Positions 45,203 to 54,429 are shown, counted from the first letter of the stretch. The stretch is 64,000 bases of DNA from a bacterium (GCA_021836725.1 JAKBHL010000011.1:18210-82209), one strand, 5' to 3'. Program-made: numbers and translations. Notes: a model not told the origin generated them from the sequence alone.

Positions 45203-45727
45203 ATGAACTTGTGGCACGACATAGACCCCGGTACGAAAGAAGAGATGAACATCATCATCGAGATTCCGAAAGGATCGCACAATAAATACGAGATCGATAA
45301 AAAGACCGGCATGATCAAACTCGATCGGGTCATGCACAGCGCGCAGGACTATCCTTTCGACTACGGTTTCATACCGCAGACACTCTGGGACGACGGCGAC
45401 GCGCTTGATGTCGTACTGCTCACCACGCATCCGCTTGCGATCGGCATCCTCGCTCCCGCACGGCCGATCGGCATCATGCATATGGTGGACGGCGGCGATC
45501 CGGACGAAAAAATCATCGCCGTCGCCTCAGGCGATCCGCGCTACGCGGAAGTAAAGGATATCCGGGACGCGAATCAGCATGTGCTCAAGGAAATAGCGCA
45601 TTTCTTCGCAACGTATAAGCAAATTCAGAAGAAAGAAGTTTCGGTCGGCGATTTTGAAGGCCGTTCTTTCGCCGAGGCGGCATATCTGCGCGCGCGAAAA
45701 ATGTACGATGATAAAAATAAAAAATGA
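45203..45727 (+). CDS. ppa: inorganic pyrophosphatase
   Basis: ...EIPKGSHNKYEIDKKTGMIKLDRVMHSAQDYPFDYGFIPQTLWDDGDALDVVLL... Confidence 0.9.
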   Translation: MNLWHDIDPGTKEEMNIIIEIPKGSHNKYEIDKKTGMIKLDRVMHSAQDYPFDYGFIPQTLWDDGDALDVVLLTTHPLAIGILAPARPIGIMHMVDGGDPDEKIIAVASGDPRYAEVKDIRDANQHVLKEIAHFFATYKQIQKKEVSVGDFEGRSFAEAAYLRARKMYDDKNKK

Positions 45728-45906
45728 GTATTATGGATGATGAAAAAACCCTTCCCGCCGGCGTCCCGTCGCCCAAAGCTCAGTCCTGGGGGGCGGTCAT
45801 TTCCATCGTGCTCATCATGCTTATGGTCATTATCGGAGCCTTCTATGCGTGGGGACAGCGGATTGCGCAGGAGCGATCATTTCCCGTATCATCCACGACA
45901 CCTTAA
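45724..45906 (+). CDS. small hypothetical membrane protein (60 aa)
   Basis: Single TM ([22 protein letters not shown]). ATGA overlap with the ppa stop. Confidence 0.4.
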   Translation: MSIMDDEKTLPAGVPSPKAQSWGAVISIVLIMLMVIIGAFYAWGQRIAQERSFPVSSTTP

Positions 45907-45947
45907 GATGCACTTCCATGTATAAACACACTCAGCCGCATTCTTCG

Positions 45948-46520
45948 ATGCTCGTACCGATGGTCATAGAAAAAAGCCAGTTCGGCGAGCGCGCGTATGA
46001 TATCTACTCGCGCCTTCTCAAGGAACGCATCGTTTTCCTCGGAGGGCCGATAGACGATGACACGGCGAACCTGGTGATTGCGCAGCTGTTGTTCCTCGAG
46101 GCTGAAGATCCAAAAAAAGATATTTCGCTCTATATAAACTCGCCCGGCGGTTCAGTCACCGCGACTCTGGCGATGGTTGATACCATGAATCATGTAAAGC
46201 CGGCGGTCTCTACCGTATGCGTCGGCATGGCGGCTTCGGGCGCGGCCATCCTCCTTTCTGCAGGTGAGAAAGGGAAACGGTTCGCTCTTCCAAATGCCGA
46301 GATCATGATCCACCAGCCGCACGGCGGCGCCGAGGGGCAGGCGACCGATATCGAGATCACCGCGAAACAGATCATAAAGCTCCGCGAACGGCTCAATAAA
46401 ATTCTCGCAAAAAATACCGGCCAGTCGCTTGAGAAAATTGAGAAGGATGTGGAACGCGATTTCTTCATGACCGCGGAGGAAGCGAAGAAGTACGGCCTCG
46501 TCGATCAGGTATACAAGTGA
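45948..46520 (+). CDS. clpP: ATP-dependent Clp protease proteolytic subunit
   Basis: [33 protein letters not shown]...[10 protein letters not shown]...MIHQP. Start chosen at the canonical Met. Confidence 0.9.
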   Translation: MLVPMVIEKSQFGERAYDIYSRLLKERIVFLGGPIDDDTANLVIAQLLFLEAEDPKKDISLYINSPGGSVTATLAMVDTMNHVKPAVSTVCVGMAASGAAILLSAGEKGKRFALPNAEIMIHQPHGGAEGQATDIEITAKQIIKLRERLNKILAKNTGQSLEKIEKDVERDFFMTAEEAKKYGLVDQVYK

Positions 46521-46532
46521 TAGAAATTGAAG

Positions 46533-46577
46533 CCATGAAAAACAGCGCGGCGCAAAGCGCCGCGCTGTTTTTCATGG
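46533..46577 (+). terminator. intrinsic terminator after clpP
   Basis: Perfect 21-bp inverted repeat ccatgaaaaacagcgcggcgc / gcgccgcgctgtttttcatgg. Confidence 0.7.
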
Positions 46578-46680
46578 TAGAGTCCAGTGACGCCGTTCCG
46601 CTGCCCGACCTCGCCCTCTGCCCGACCGCACGCCCCTTTTAGAATCTCGCCCCGCAGGATCGGGGATAATTGAACGGGTT

Positions 46681-48210
46681 ATGTCATTTAACATCGTATT
46701 GCTGCTGCTTGCGCTTTCGGGCGTAGGCGGCGTCGCGCTCGGCTATGTGCTGCGCGTCCTCATCGGTCTCGCGCAACGCGGCTCGGTCGAGCTCGATATC
46801 AAACAGAAACTGCTGCAGGCAAAGGAGCAGGCGGCAAAGATACTGGCCGACGCTGAATACAGAGGAGCCGTCATCGAAACGGAGCGTCTCGCGCCCATCG
46901 AGGAGCGCGAAGAGAAAGTCGCGTTACGGGAAGATCGCCTGGCCTCGCGCGAAGAATTCCTCGACTCCCGGCAGCGCGACCTAGATGACAAGGAAAATGA
47001 AGTGCGCTCGCGCGAGCAGACGGTGGCGCGCACGAAAAGCGAAGCGGAGGATCTCGTCGCAGAGCGTTCGAAAGAACTCGCGAAGGTCGCGCATCTTTCA
47101 GAGACGGCGGCGCGCGAAGAACTTTTTTCCGAAATCGAACGCACCCATGAAGAGGCCATCCTGCTGCGGCTGCAGAAACTCGCCGCAAACGGCCGCGAAC
47201 GTCTCGAGGATAAAGCGCGCGCCATCCTCATAAACTCGATCCATCGCCTCGGGAATGCGGTGAATGCCGAGGTCATGTCGCTCTCAGTCGCGCTCCCTTC
47301 CGAGGAAGTAAAGGGAAAAATAATCGGGAAAGAGGGCCGCAATATCAAAGCTTTCGAGCGCGCTACCGGAGTCGACGTCCTCATCGATGACGCTCCGGAT
47401 CGGATAGCGCTTTCGTCTTTCGACCCGCTGCGCAGGGCGATCGCAAAGATTGCGCTTGAAAAACTCATAGCCGACGGCCGTATCCAGCCTGCCAAGATAG
47501 AGGAGACGGTGGAGAAAACGCGCGTCGAGGTTGCGGATATCATGAAGCAGAAAGGCGAAGCCGCAGCGTTTGAAAGCGGCGTCATAGGGCTCGATCCGAA
47601 ACTTATCGCGCTCTTGGGGCGCCTCCATTTCCGGACGAGCTACGGGCAGAACGTACTTCAGCACTCTATCGAAATGGCTCATATCGCCGGCATGCTTGCC
47701 ACGGAGCTCGGCGTTGATGCTTCCGTTGCGCGCACGGGGGCCCTCCTGCATGACATCGGCAAAGCGGTCGATCATGAGGTCCAGGGCACGCACGTCGAGA
47801 TAGGGCGCAGGATCCTTGAGAAATTCGGCGTCGACAAGCGTGTCATCCAGGCGATGCAATCGCACCATGAGGAGTACCCGTACGAGACGCCCGAAGCCAT
47901 CATCGTACAGGTGGCGGACGCCATTTCAGGCAGTCGTCCGGGCGCCCGCCGCGACACGGTCGATCGCTATCTCGAACGTCTCAGCGATCTCGAGCGTCTT
48001 GCCGGCACGTTCGAGGGTGTCGAGAAAGTCTATGCCATTTCGGCAGGCCGCGAACTGCGGGTCTTCGTAAATCCCGGGAAAGTTTCTGATCTCGCGATGC
48101 ACGCACTCGCGCGCGCTATAGCGACGCGCATACAGGCCGAGCTGAAGTACCCGGGTGAGATCAAAGTGAACATCATCCGCGAAAATCGGGTCGTGGAATT
48201 CGCCCGCTGA
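46681..48210 (+). CDS. rny: ribonuclease Y
   Basis: N-terminal TM, coiled coil, KH domain and HD domain (LLHDIGKAVDHE). Confidence 0.9.
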   Translation: MSFNIVLLLLALSGVGGVALGYVLRVLIGLAQRGSVELDIKQKLLQAKEQAAKILADAEYRGAVIETERLAPIEEREEKVALREDRLASREEFLDSRQRDLDDKENEVRSREQTVARTKSEAEDLVAERSKELAKVAHLSETAAREELFSEIERTHEEAILLRLQKLAANGRERLEDKARAILINSIHRLGNAVNAEVMSLSVALPSEEVKGKIIGKEGRNIKAFERATGVDVLIDDAPDRIALSSFDPLRRAIAKIALEKLIADGRIQPAKIEETVEKTRVEVADIMKQKGEAAAFESGVIGLDPKLIALLGRLHFRTSYGQNVLQHSIEMAHIAGMLATELGVDASVARTGALLHDIGKAVDHEVQGTHVEIGRRILEKFGVDKRVIQAMQSHHEEYPYETPEAIIVQVADAISGSRPGARRDTVDRYLERLSDLERLAGTFEGVEKVYAISAGRELRVFVNPGKVSDLAMHALARAIATRIQAELKYPGEIKVNIIRENRVVEFAR

Positions 48211-48249
48211 CTTTATTGCGCATTATCCACGAGGTCTTGTAAAGACCTC

Positions 48250-48277
48250 TTGCATAATGTGGCGCATTTCCTATACT
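48250..48277 (+). promoter_or_regulatory. sigma-70-like promoter for hup
   Basis: TTGCAT - 16 nt - TATACT. A stem gaggtctt-gta-aagacctc lies upstream of the -35. Confidence 0.45.
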
Positions 48278-48332
48278 TTCCCGCATACCCGCTTACACAC
48301 CGTGCCGCGGGGTTACCAGTTAGCAGATACTC

Positions 48333-48605
48333 ATGAACAAAGCAGATATTGTCGACAAGGTGCATGGCGTTCTCGGCTCTACGAAAGCCGACGCCGAACG
48401 CGCCGTTGAGACGGTCATAGACTCCATTGTTTCCGGCCTCAAATCGGGCGACGAGGTTTCTATCGCGGGACTTGGTATCTTTGCAACGAAAGCGCGCCAG
48501 GCGCGCGAAGGCCGCAACCCCCGCACCGGTGAGACGATCCACATCGCGGCTTCGCGGACGGCAAAGTTCCGCCCGGCCAAAGCGCTCAAGGACGCGGTAA
48601 AATAA
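48333..48605 (+). CDS. hup: DNA-binding protein HU
   Basis: MNKADIVDKVHG...IAGLGIFATKARQAREGRNPRTGETIHIAASRTAKFRPAKALKDAV. Confidence 0.95.
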   Translation: MNKADIVDKVHGVLGSTKADAERAVETVIDSIVSGLKSGDEVSIAGLGIFATKARQAREGRNPRTGETIHIAASRTAKFRPAKALKDAVK

Positions 48606-48657
48606 GCCAATAAGACCAACGCTCGCCTGGCGATAAGGACTGCCGGCAGCTATGTGC

Positions 48658-48697
48658 GGAGAAAACCGCGGCACCCGAGGGTGCCGCGGTTTTCTCC
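48658..48697 (+). terminator. intrinsic terminator after hup
   Basis: ggagaaaaccgcggcaccc-gag-gggtgccgcggttttctcc, an 18-bp stem. Confidence 0.65.
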
Positions 48698-48747
48698 GCA
48701 AGGCGTCGCATTTGCTGAACCAACCATGCCACGCTACAATCGGAGCC

Positions 48748-49410
48748 ATGAACTATATTCGGAAAGTAGAAAATGCGAAAAAATTGATACGGGAATCGAT
48801 CGCTACCTATCCGAAAATCATTCTCGGTTCCTCTTTCGGCAAGGATTCGATGGTAACGTTGCATCTCACCTTGTCGGTAAAGCCCGATATCCCCGTATTC
48901 TCGGTCCTTGCCGACACAGAATTCCCGGAAACGTATGCATTTGCGGAAGAAATGGTCCGTAAATACGGATTGAATTACACGCCGTACGTATTCGAGCAGG
49001 TGCAAGGCAAGAAATGCTGCGGAGAGTCCAAAGTTGAAAAAACCAGGGAAGCCCTCAAGCCTTATGACGCCTGGATTTCCGGAGTAAGAAAAACGGAGGG
49101 CATCACCAGAGCCAATTTCAATCCGGTGGAAGAAAAAAACGGGCTGACAAAAATCAATCCGATACTCGAGTTCACGGAATTGGACATCTGGAGATATCTC
49201 GCACTCAATGAGGTTCCGGTAAATCCGAAATACAAAGAGGGTTACAGAAGTCTGGGGTGCAGCCTTTGTTCTTTCCCCGAAGAGGACGAATCCGAAAGTG
49301 AACGCGCGGGAAGGTGGAAAGGGACGACGGACGCCTGCGGCGAATGCGGCATCCATACGCAGCCCCTCAGGAACTCGTTTTCGGAGCCCAGGGAGGCACA
49401 GGTTGCATAG
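48748..49410 (+). CDS. PAPS-reductase-family (CysH/DndC-like PP-loop) protein; standalone, lower GC
   Basis: PP-loop ILGSSFGKDS and a C-terminal Cys cluster (CSLCSF...CGECG). It has its own promoter (TTGCTG - 17 nt - TACAAT, 48712-48740) and a leaderless-type start. GC is about 48%. Confidence 0.7.
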   Translation: MNYIRKVENAKKLIRESIATYPKIILGSSFGKDSMVTLHLTLSVKPDIPVFSVLADTEFPETYAFAEEMVRKYGLNYTPYVFEQVQGKKCCGESKVEKTREALKPYDAWISGVRKTEGITRANFNPVEEKNGLTKINPILEFTELDIWRYLALNEVPVNPKYKEGYRSLGCSLCSFPEEDESESERAGRWKGTTDACGECGIHTQPLRNSFSEPREAQVA

Positions 49411-49497
49411 CCTCTTTCTGCCGCATACCCCTCGCGTCACCCTGTAAATTATATGTTTAACATTTAATTACTCGCGTCGCCCTGGAGTTTTGAAATC
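49410..49497 (-). mobile_element. MITE-like repeat, partial copy D (one half only)
   Basis: cctctttctgccgcatacccctcgcg ... gagttttgaaatcg matches the right half and terminal inverted repeat of copies B/C. Confidence 0.5.
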
Positions 49498-49564
49498 GAA
49501 GCTTACAGCTTCAGTACACCTTGTGGATATTTTGCTTCAGGAAATCGCAAAATATGCTCACAAG

Positions 49565-49797
49565 GTTTTCGATTCTCCTACGCAGGCCTCCCAGGCCTGC
49601 TATCCCGCACAATTTCTCACCAGGTTCTAAATTGTGCGGGATAGGAGAACCGTGATTACACTTTCGGTCACGCATAATTTCTTGCTAGAAATTTGCGCGA
49701 CCCCGCCTCGCGCCGTCGCGCTCCGGCCTTCGATTCTCCGTGCAGGACGCGGAGCGTCCTGCACAATCCCGCACCTCCTCGCTAGAGGGCTCGTCGG
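49565..49797. repeat. tRNA-Gly 3'-end-derived inverted repeats with GC-hairpin inserts
   Basis: Plus-sense fragments at 49568-49614 and 49729-49777 have the form ttcgattctcc[hairpin]atcccgcac. The hairpins are gcaggcctcccaggcctgc and gtgcaggacgcggagcgtcctgcac. Each faces a minus-sense tRNA 3' end (49633-49649; the real tRNA at 49798) across a ~20-nt spacer. Confidence 0.6.
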
Positions 49798-49868
49798 TGC
49801 GGGATAGGAGAATCGAACTCCTGCTCTCAGTTTGGAAAACTGACGTTCTACCATTAAACTAATCCCGC
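49798..49868 (-). tRNA. tRNA-Gly(TCC), no encoded CCA
   Basis: Reverse complement gcgggat...tcagt-tttccaa-actga...aggagttcgattctcct-atcccgc-a. Confidence 0.85.
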
Positions 49869-49906
49869 CTAGAGCGAGAATACCATTTTTAGGATAGTGT
49901 AGTCAC

Positions 49907-51085
49907 ATGTCGCGCTTCGCGCACTATCTCAGCATCATCGCAGCTCTCATCCTCGGAGCTTTCATCGTTGCTTTCTCGAGCCATCCGGCTGTTTCGCATA
50001 CCCCTGTAGCGGCTACCCCTGCCGCCTCTTCAACCCTTTCCGTGGTGTCCGGCTCTGTCGCCTCCACGAGCATTGATTTGAGAGGGAGCGCGACGACGAC
50101 TCGTTCTGAGCAAACGGCTCCTGAGCCCGCTCAGAAAAAGACTGCCGCTCCGAGCGCTCCTACGTCCAAACCCGCTCCCGCTACGCCTGTTTCGACGTCC
50201 ACGCCGCCTGCATCAGAATCGGTTTCCGCTCCATCCCCGCTTCCTTCATCCGGAAGTGCGGAATTTGATGCTTCCGCTGCGGCGCTGCGCGCCGCACTCG
50301 TAAACATCATCTGTTACGCTCCCGCCGGAAGCGGTCTACATTCCATTTCCGGCAGCGGCGTTTTCATCAGTCCCAAGGGGATCATCCTCACCAATGCGCA
50401 TATCGCGCAGTATTTCCTTCTCTTCAATCGCGGCGTTTCCTGCACCATACGTTCCGGAAGCCCCGCAGTGAGCCGCTATACCGCAAAACTCATCTTTATT
50501 TCAAGCGCCTGGGTGCACGCCAATGCGAGAGTGCTCACTGAAGCGACTCCAAGCGGCACGGGCGAATACGATTTTGCCCTCCTCGCCATAGACGCGAGCG
50601 TTACGGCCGACCCGCTCCCCGATCCGTTCCCCTTTGTGCCGCTTGCCACGACCCCTCCGCCCTCCGGCACCCCGGTCGTCATCGCCTCCTATGGCGCGCA
50701 ATTCCTTGACCCAAGCCAAGTGCAGCACGATCTCTTTCCGACGATCGTTTTCGGTTCGGTAAAGAATGTATTCACCTTCGGCACGAACACTATCGATGTG
50801 CTCGCGCTTGGAGGTTCTGCGGCGGCGCAAGAAGGGTCCTCGGGCGGCGGCGTCTCCAATGCCTCCGGCACGCTTGTCGGCACTATCACCACAAGCACGG
50901 TGCAAGGCGCAACCGCCACCCGTTCTCTGAGCGCGATAACCGCTTCCTATATCCGCGCCGAGTATGCAAGTGAAACAGGACAAGCGCTTGATCTCCTGCT
51001 TGCGGAATCGACTTCGACCGCCATCGCAAATTTCGCGCCGCAGATGCCTCCGCTCGAATCAGTATTAACCGCTGCCTTGCCCTAA
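49907..51085 (+). CDS. membrane-anchored trypsin-like serine protease (S1 family)
   Basis: N-terminal TM, a Pro/Ser/Thr-rich linker, then catalytic His (ILTNAHIAQY), an Asp region, and Ser (GSSGGGV). Confidence 0.7.
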   Translation: MSRFAHYLSIIAALILGAFIVAFSSHPAVSHTPVAATPAASSTLSVVSGSVASTSIDLRGSATTTRSEQTAPEPAQKKTAAPSAPTSKPAPATPVSTSTPPASESVSAPSPLPSSGSAEFDASAAALRAALVNIICYAPAGSGLHSISGSGVFISPKGIILTNAHIAQYFLLFNRGVSCTIRSGSPAVSRYTAKLIFISSAWVHANARVLTEATPSGTGEYDFALLAIDASVTADPLPDPFPFVPLATTPPPSGTPVVIASYGAQFLDPSQVQHDLFPTIVFGSVKNVFTFGTNTIDVLALGGSAAAQEGSSGGGVSNASGTLVGTITTSTVQGATATRSLSAITASYIRAEYASETGQALDLLLAESTSTAIANFAPQMPPLESVLTAALP

Positions 51086-51087
51086 AG

Positions 51088-51244
51088 CCATTTTCAACCC
51101 CCAATCTCCCCGCGAAGGGTATGCGGCAGAAAGAGGCTTACGGAGCGCGACGGCGTAAGTTCGAGCTGCTTTTAGAGCAGAAAAAGACAGCGTACTCCTT
51201 TCTGTCGCATACCCTTCGCGGGGGAAGCGAAGTTTTGAAATGGA
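51088..51244 (+). mobile_element. MITE-like palindromic repeat, copy E
   Basis: Terminal inverted repeats ccattttcaaccccc / gttttgaaatgg. The core is about 90% identical to copy A. Confidence 0.7.
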
Positions 51245-51296
51245 TTCTAATCTCGGGCGAATGCTCCGCATTCTCGCCCTCCTTCATTTCTTTCAG

Positions 51297-51367
51297 TCGG
51301 GCCGCCGAGAATTGAACTCGGTCTGCTTGCTCCCAAAGCAAGTGTACTACCGGCATACTCCGGCCCG
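51297..51367 (-). tRNA. tRNA-Pro(TGG), no encoded CCA
   Basis: Reverse complement cgggccg...cttgc-tttggga-gcaag...ccgagttcaattctcgg-cggcccg-a. Confidence 0.75.
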
Positions 51368-51388
51368 TGAATGGCCATTTTAGCAGTT

Positions 51389-51784
51389 TTAGGCTATATG
51401 CGGCAGATAGCGAACCAACGCTTTGCCATCTCCGCGCCGCAGCCATACGAGACACCCGTCTATCTGCCAATCCCCTTCCCATCCTTTTTCAAGAACATAC
51501 CATTCTCCCGTTCGCGCGACCTTCCGTATCTTTGCTTCATGGAGATTGAGCGACGGATCATACTCGTCCCGCGCATTTCTTTCGTCAGGGAATTCACCGG
51601 CGAGAACGGTCTTCACTTCTACAACATGCAGTACGCCGACTTTCTCCGCAACGATGTCGAGCTCTCCGGTTTTACGAGCGACATTGCGATCAACGATCCT
51701 AAATCCATGCCGCCGCAGGTACTCTGCGGCAACCCGTTCCCCCAAAGCACCAATTTCTTTCCGACTTTTAGCCGAGACGTTCAC
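51389..51784 (-). CDS. yraN: YraN-family (UPF0102) predicted endonuclease
   Basis: ...LRRHGFRIVDRNVARKTGELDIVAEKVGVLHVVEVKT... is the PD-(D/E)xK-like YraN signature. Confidence 0.8.
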   Translation of the reverse strand: MNVSAKSRKEIGALGERVAAEYLRRHGFRIVDRNVARKTGELDIVAEKVGVLHVVEVKTVLAGEFPDERNARDEYDPSLNLHEAKIRKVARTGEWYVLEKGWEGDWQIDGCLVWLRRGDGKALVRYLPHIA

Positions 51785-51936
51785 GACCTTTAGAAATACG
51801 GCTCATTTCCTAAGTATACTCTAGGGTCAATCATTTTTGTCATTACAGACAGGTGTCCTTTATCCCCATTGTGCACAGGTTTGTACACAGTTCAAAAATC
51901 GTTTTGTAATCACTATTTATTCGTCTTTTCCCTCGG

Positions 51937-52007
51937 TGCGGGCAAGGGTAATCGAAACCCTGTCTCGTGCTTGGCAAGCACGCGTTCTGCCACTGAACCA
52001 TGCCCGC
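51937..52007 (-). tRNA. tRNA-Gly(GCC), no encoded CCA
   Basis: Reverse complement gcgggca...cgtgc-ttgccaa-gcacg...agggtttcgattaccct-tgcccgc-a. Confidence 0.85.
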
Positions 52008-52013
52008 AGGCTG

Positions 52014-52745
52014 TTATATACTCTCATAATATCCTTCGTTCATCAATTCCCCCGGGAATATCTTTAGCCACTCGAGCACTTTCTCTTTAAAATACGTACT
52101 GGAAACCGCGACGAGGCATACTCCCCACAGTAGCCGTTTAGTCTTATGCCGGCCGATGATTTGCGTGCATTTTGTAAAGTTCGATACCGGTAATCCTGAT
52201 GCTTCCGCCCAATACCGTACACACCTCTCTTTATTCAAATCAGGATACACGAGTATGTGTGCCCTGATTCTATCAATTGGAATTCGGCAGGCATGAGTTA
52301 AGAAGAAAACATATAATTTAATGAGTTGTGGATCAGTATTGGCGAGTCTTACACCGTTTCGTACTTGGCTCTTGTCGCCCTCTCCCCAATAGAGCATGAG
52401 GCCGGCGATAAAAAGAGGGTTGTGTTTCAGTTCTAGAAAGTCGTTTCTGGCCTCTTCTCGTGCCTCTTCATACGCGCGTTTGAGATGTGTTCCCCGTATT
52501 TTGTCCAGTTCAATTAATCGGACGATGTGTTGCTTTTGTACTGCGGCCGCTAATTTTTTGGCCATAGCATTTGACCAATCGATTTTACTGAACCAATCCG
52601 ACAAAGTTGCTTTCGGAATTTTCAGTGCGGCGTGTATCTCATTGTAGCTCTTTCCATTCCTACGCATATCGAAAGCAATTTCCTTGTCTTTTCGCATACA
52701 GTAATTATACCCCAATGAGGGTTCATTTATGGATAGCACACTCAA
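52014..52745 (-). CDS. free-standing homing-endonuclease-like protein (N-terminal HTH; LAGLIDADG-like motif); low GC
   Basis: 243-aa ORF. The N-terminus MRKDKEIAFDMRRNGKSYNEIHAALKIPKATLSDW is HTH-like, and ...NPLFIAGLMLYWGEGDKSQ... resembles a LAGLIDADG box. GC is about 44%. It is wedged between tRNA-Gly(GCC) and tRNA-Arg(TCG). Confidence 0.5.
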   Translation of the reverse strand: MSVLSINEPSLGYNYCMRKDKEIAFDMRRNGKSYNEIHAALKIPKATLSDWFSKIDWSNAMAKKLAAAVQKQHIVRLIELDKIRGTHLKRAYEEAREEARNDFLELKHNPLFIAGLMLYWGEGDKSQVRNGVRLANTDPQLIKLYVFFLTHACRIPIDRIRAHILVYPDLNKERCVRYWAEASGLPVSNFTKCTQIIGRHKTKRLLWGVCLVAVSSTYFKEKVLEWLKIFPGELMNEGYYESI

Positions 52746-52767
52746 TCAAGGCAGCGGAAAACTTTTG

Positions 52768-52839
52768 TGCCCTCGCCAGGATTCGAACCCGGAACGTCTG
52801 ATCCGAAGTCAGATGTGATATCCATTTCACCACGAGGGC
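52768..52839 (-). tRNA. tRNA-Arg(TCG), no encoded CCA
   Basis: Reverse complement gccctcg...tctga-cttcgga-tcaga...ccgggttcgaatcctgg-cgagggc-a. Confidence 0.85.
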
Positions 52840-52893
52840 GTGCGTTTATAGTACGGCACAAATACTAAAAAACCAGACATATCGTGGTACGAT

Positions 52894-54363
52894 TTGAGGA
52901 TGCATTATCGCGTTCCGGAGGAGGTCTCAAGAGTCGGGAAAGACCTGCGGGGCGCAGGCTATGAAGCATATCTTGTCGGCGGGTGTGTCCGCGACCTGCT
53001 CATCGGCCGAGAACCGAAGGATTGGGACATCACCACAAACGCGACACCGGAACAGATTCAGGGTGTATTTCCTGACTCTTTTTATGAAAATGACTACGGC
53101 ACCGTCGGTGTAAAAACAGGCAGCGGAGATGAACGGACGGCCATAATCGAGGTAACGCCTTACCGTACCGAATCCGCATATTCGGATAGACGCCGACCGG
53201 ACAAAGTTGAATTCGGCACTTCCCTTCTTGAAGACCTCGCCCGTCGCGACTTCACCATCAATGCCATCGCACTCGATGATTCTAAAGGACATCTAGTCGA
53301 TCCTTACGACGGTCAAAAGGACATAAAGGACATGATAGTGCGGACTGTCGGCGACCCATCCGAGCGTTTTAACGAAGATGCATTGCGTATGCTTCGCGCG
53401 GTTCGTTTTGTCGCCGAACTTGGGTTCGGGATAGATGGCAACACCGCTGCTGCAATAAGCGAAAATAGCAAGCATTTAAGTGGCGTTTCACGTGAAAGGG
53501 TTCGAGATGAACTCGTTAGAATACTCAATTCGAACCAACCGATGAATGCGCTCGTTCTCGCACAGCAACTCGGTATTCTTGTGTTTATAGCGCCGGATCT
53601 TACGCGCGGTATCGGTGTTGAACAGAACCAGGCGCACAGTTATGACGTTTTTGGGCACCTTATGCGAACCATGCAACACGCCGCAGACAAAAATTGGAAC
53701 TTCGATATACGTCTTGCCGGGCTTTTCCATGATGTCTCAAAACCGGAAACGCGTCGATGGTCTGATGAAAAGAAAGATTGGACATTCCATGGACATGAGG
53801 TTGTTGGTTCACGTGTAACAAAGAAAATACTCGAGGATTTGCACTTTTCACGCGAAACAACTGAAAAAGTCGTAAAATTGGTGCGCTGGCACATGTTTTT
53901 CTCAGATCCAGAGCAAATAACGCTTTCTGCGGTTCGAAGGATGATAAAGAATGTCGGAGAAGAGAATATATGGGATTTGCTAAATCTGCGCATCTGCGAC
54001 CGTATCGGTACGGGAAGACCGAAAGAACAACCGTTCCGATTCAGAAAATATAAAGCAATGGTCGAACAAGCTCTCCGTGACCCTATTTCAGTATCTATGC
54101 TCAAAACGGATGGGAAGCGCATAATGGACTTATTCAAAGAGAAACCAGGGCCAAAAATAGGTTACACGCTCCACGCTCTCCTCGAGGAAGTATTGGATGA
54201 TCCGGATAGGAATACCGAAGAATATATCGATAAACGCACGAAGGAGCTTCTCTCTATGCCTGAGGACGCTCTCAAGAAGCTTGGGGAAGCGGGTAAAAAA
54301 CGTCGTGAAGCGGCAGAAGACGAGGAAATAAAGCAAATAATGGAGAAACACCACGTTTGTTAA
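52894..54363 (+). CDS. cca: CCA-adding tRNA nucleotidyltransferase with HD domain
   Basis: GGCVRDLLIGREPKDWDI head motif, ...RDFTINAIA..., and a C-terminal HD region (HDVSKPE). GC is about 47%. It is consistent with tRNA genes lacking an encoded CCA. Confidence 0.85.
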   Translation: MRMHYRVPEEVSRVGKDLRGAGYEAYLVGGCVRDLLIGREPKDWDITTNATPEQIQGVFPDSFYENDYGTVGVKTGSGDERTAIIEVTPYRTESAYSDRRRPDKVEFGTSLLEDLARRDFTINAIALDDSKGHLVDPYDGQKDIKDMIVRTVGDPSERFNEDALRMLRAVRFVAELGFGIDGNTAAAISENSKHLSGVSRERVRDELVRILNSNQPMNALVLAQQLGILVFIAPDLTRGIGVEQNQAHSYDVFGHLMRTMQHAADKNWNFDIRLAGLFHDVSKPETRRWSDEKKDWTFHGHEVVGSRVTKKILEDLHFSRETTEKVVKLVRWHMFFSDPEQITLSAVRRMIKNVGEENIWDLLNLRICDRIGTGRPKEQPFRFRKYKAMVEQALRDPISVSMLKTDGKRIMDLFKEKPGPKIGYTLHALLEEVLDDPDRNTEEYIDKRTKELLSMPEDALKKLGEAGKKRREAAEDEEIKQIMEKHHVC

Positions 54364-54378
54364 TCGCGTATAAAACAA

Positions 54379-54429
54379 GCCGCCCGTCCCATCCCCGCAG
54401 CGAAGCTGACGGGGTATTGGGCGGGCGGC
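54379..54429 (+). terminator. GC-rich hairpin after cca (possible terminator)
   Basis: gccgcccg...cgggcggc outer stem with inner pairing, followed by gtgttttg. Confidence 0.4.
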
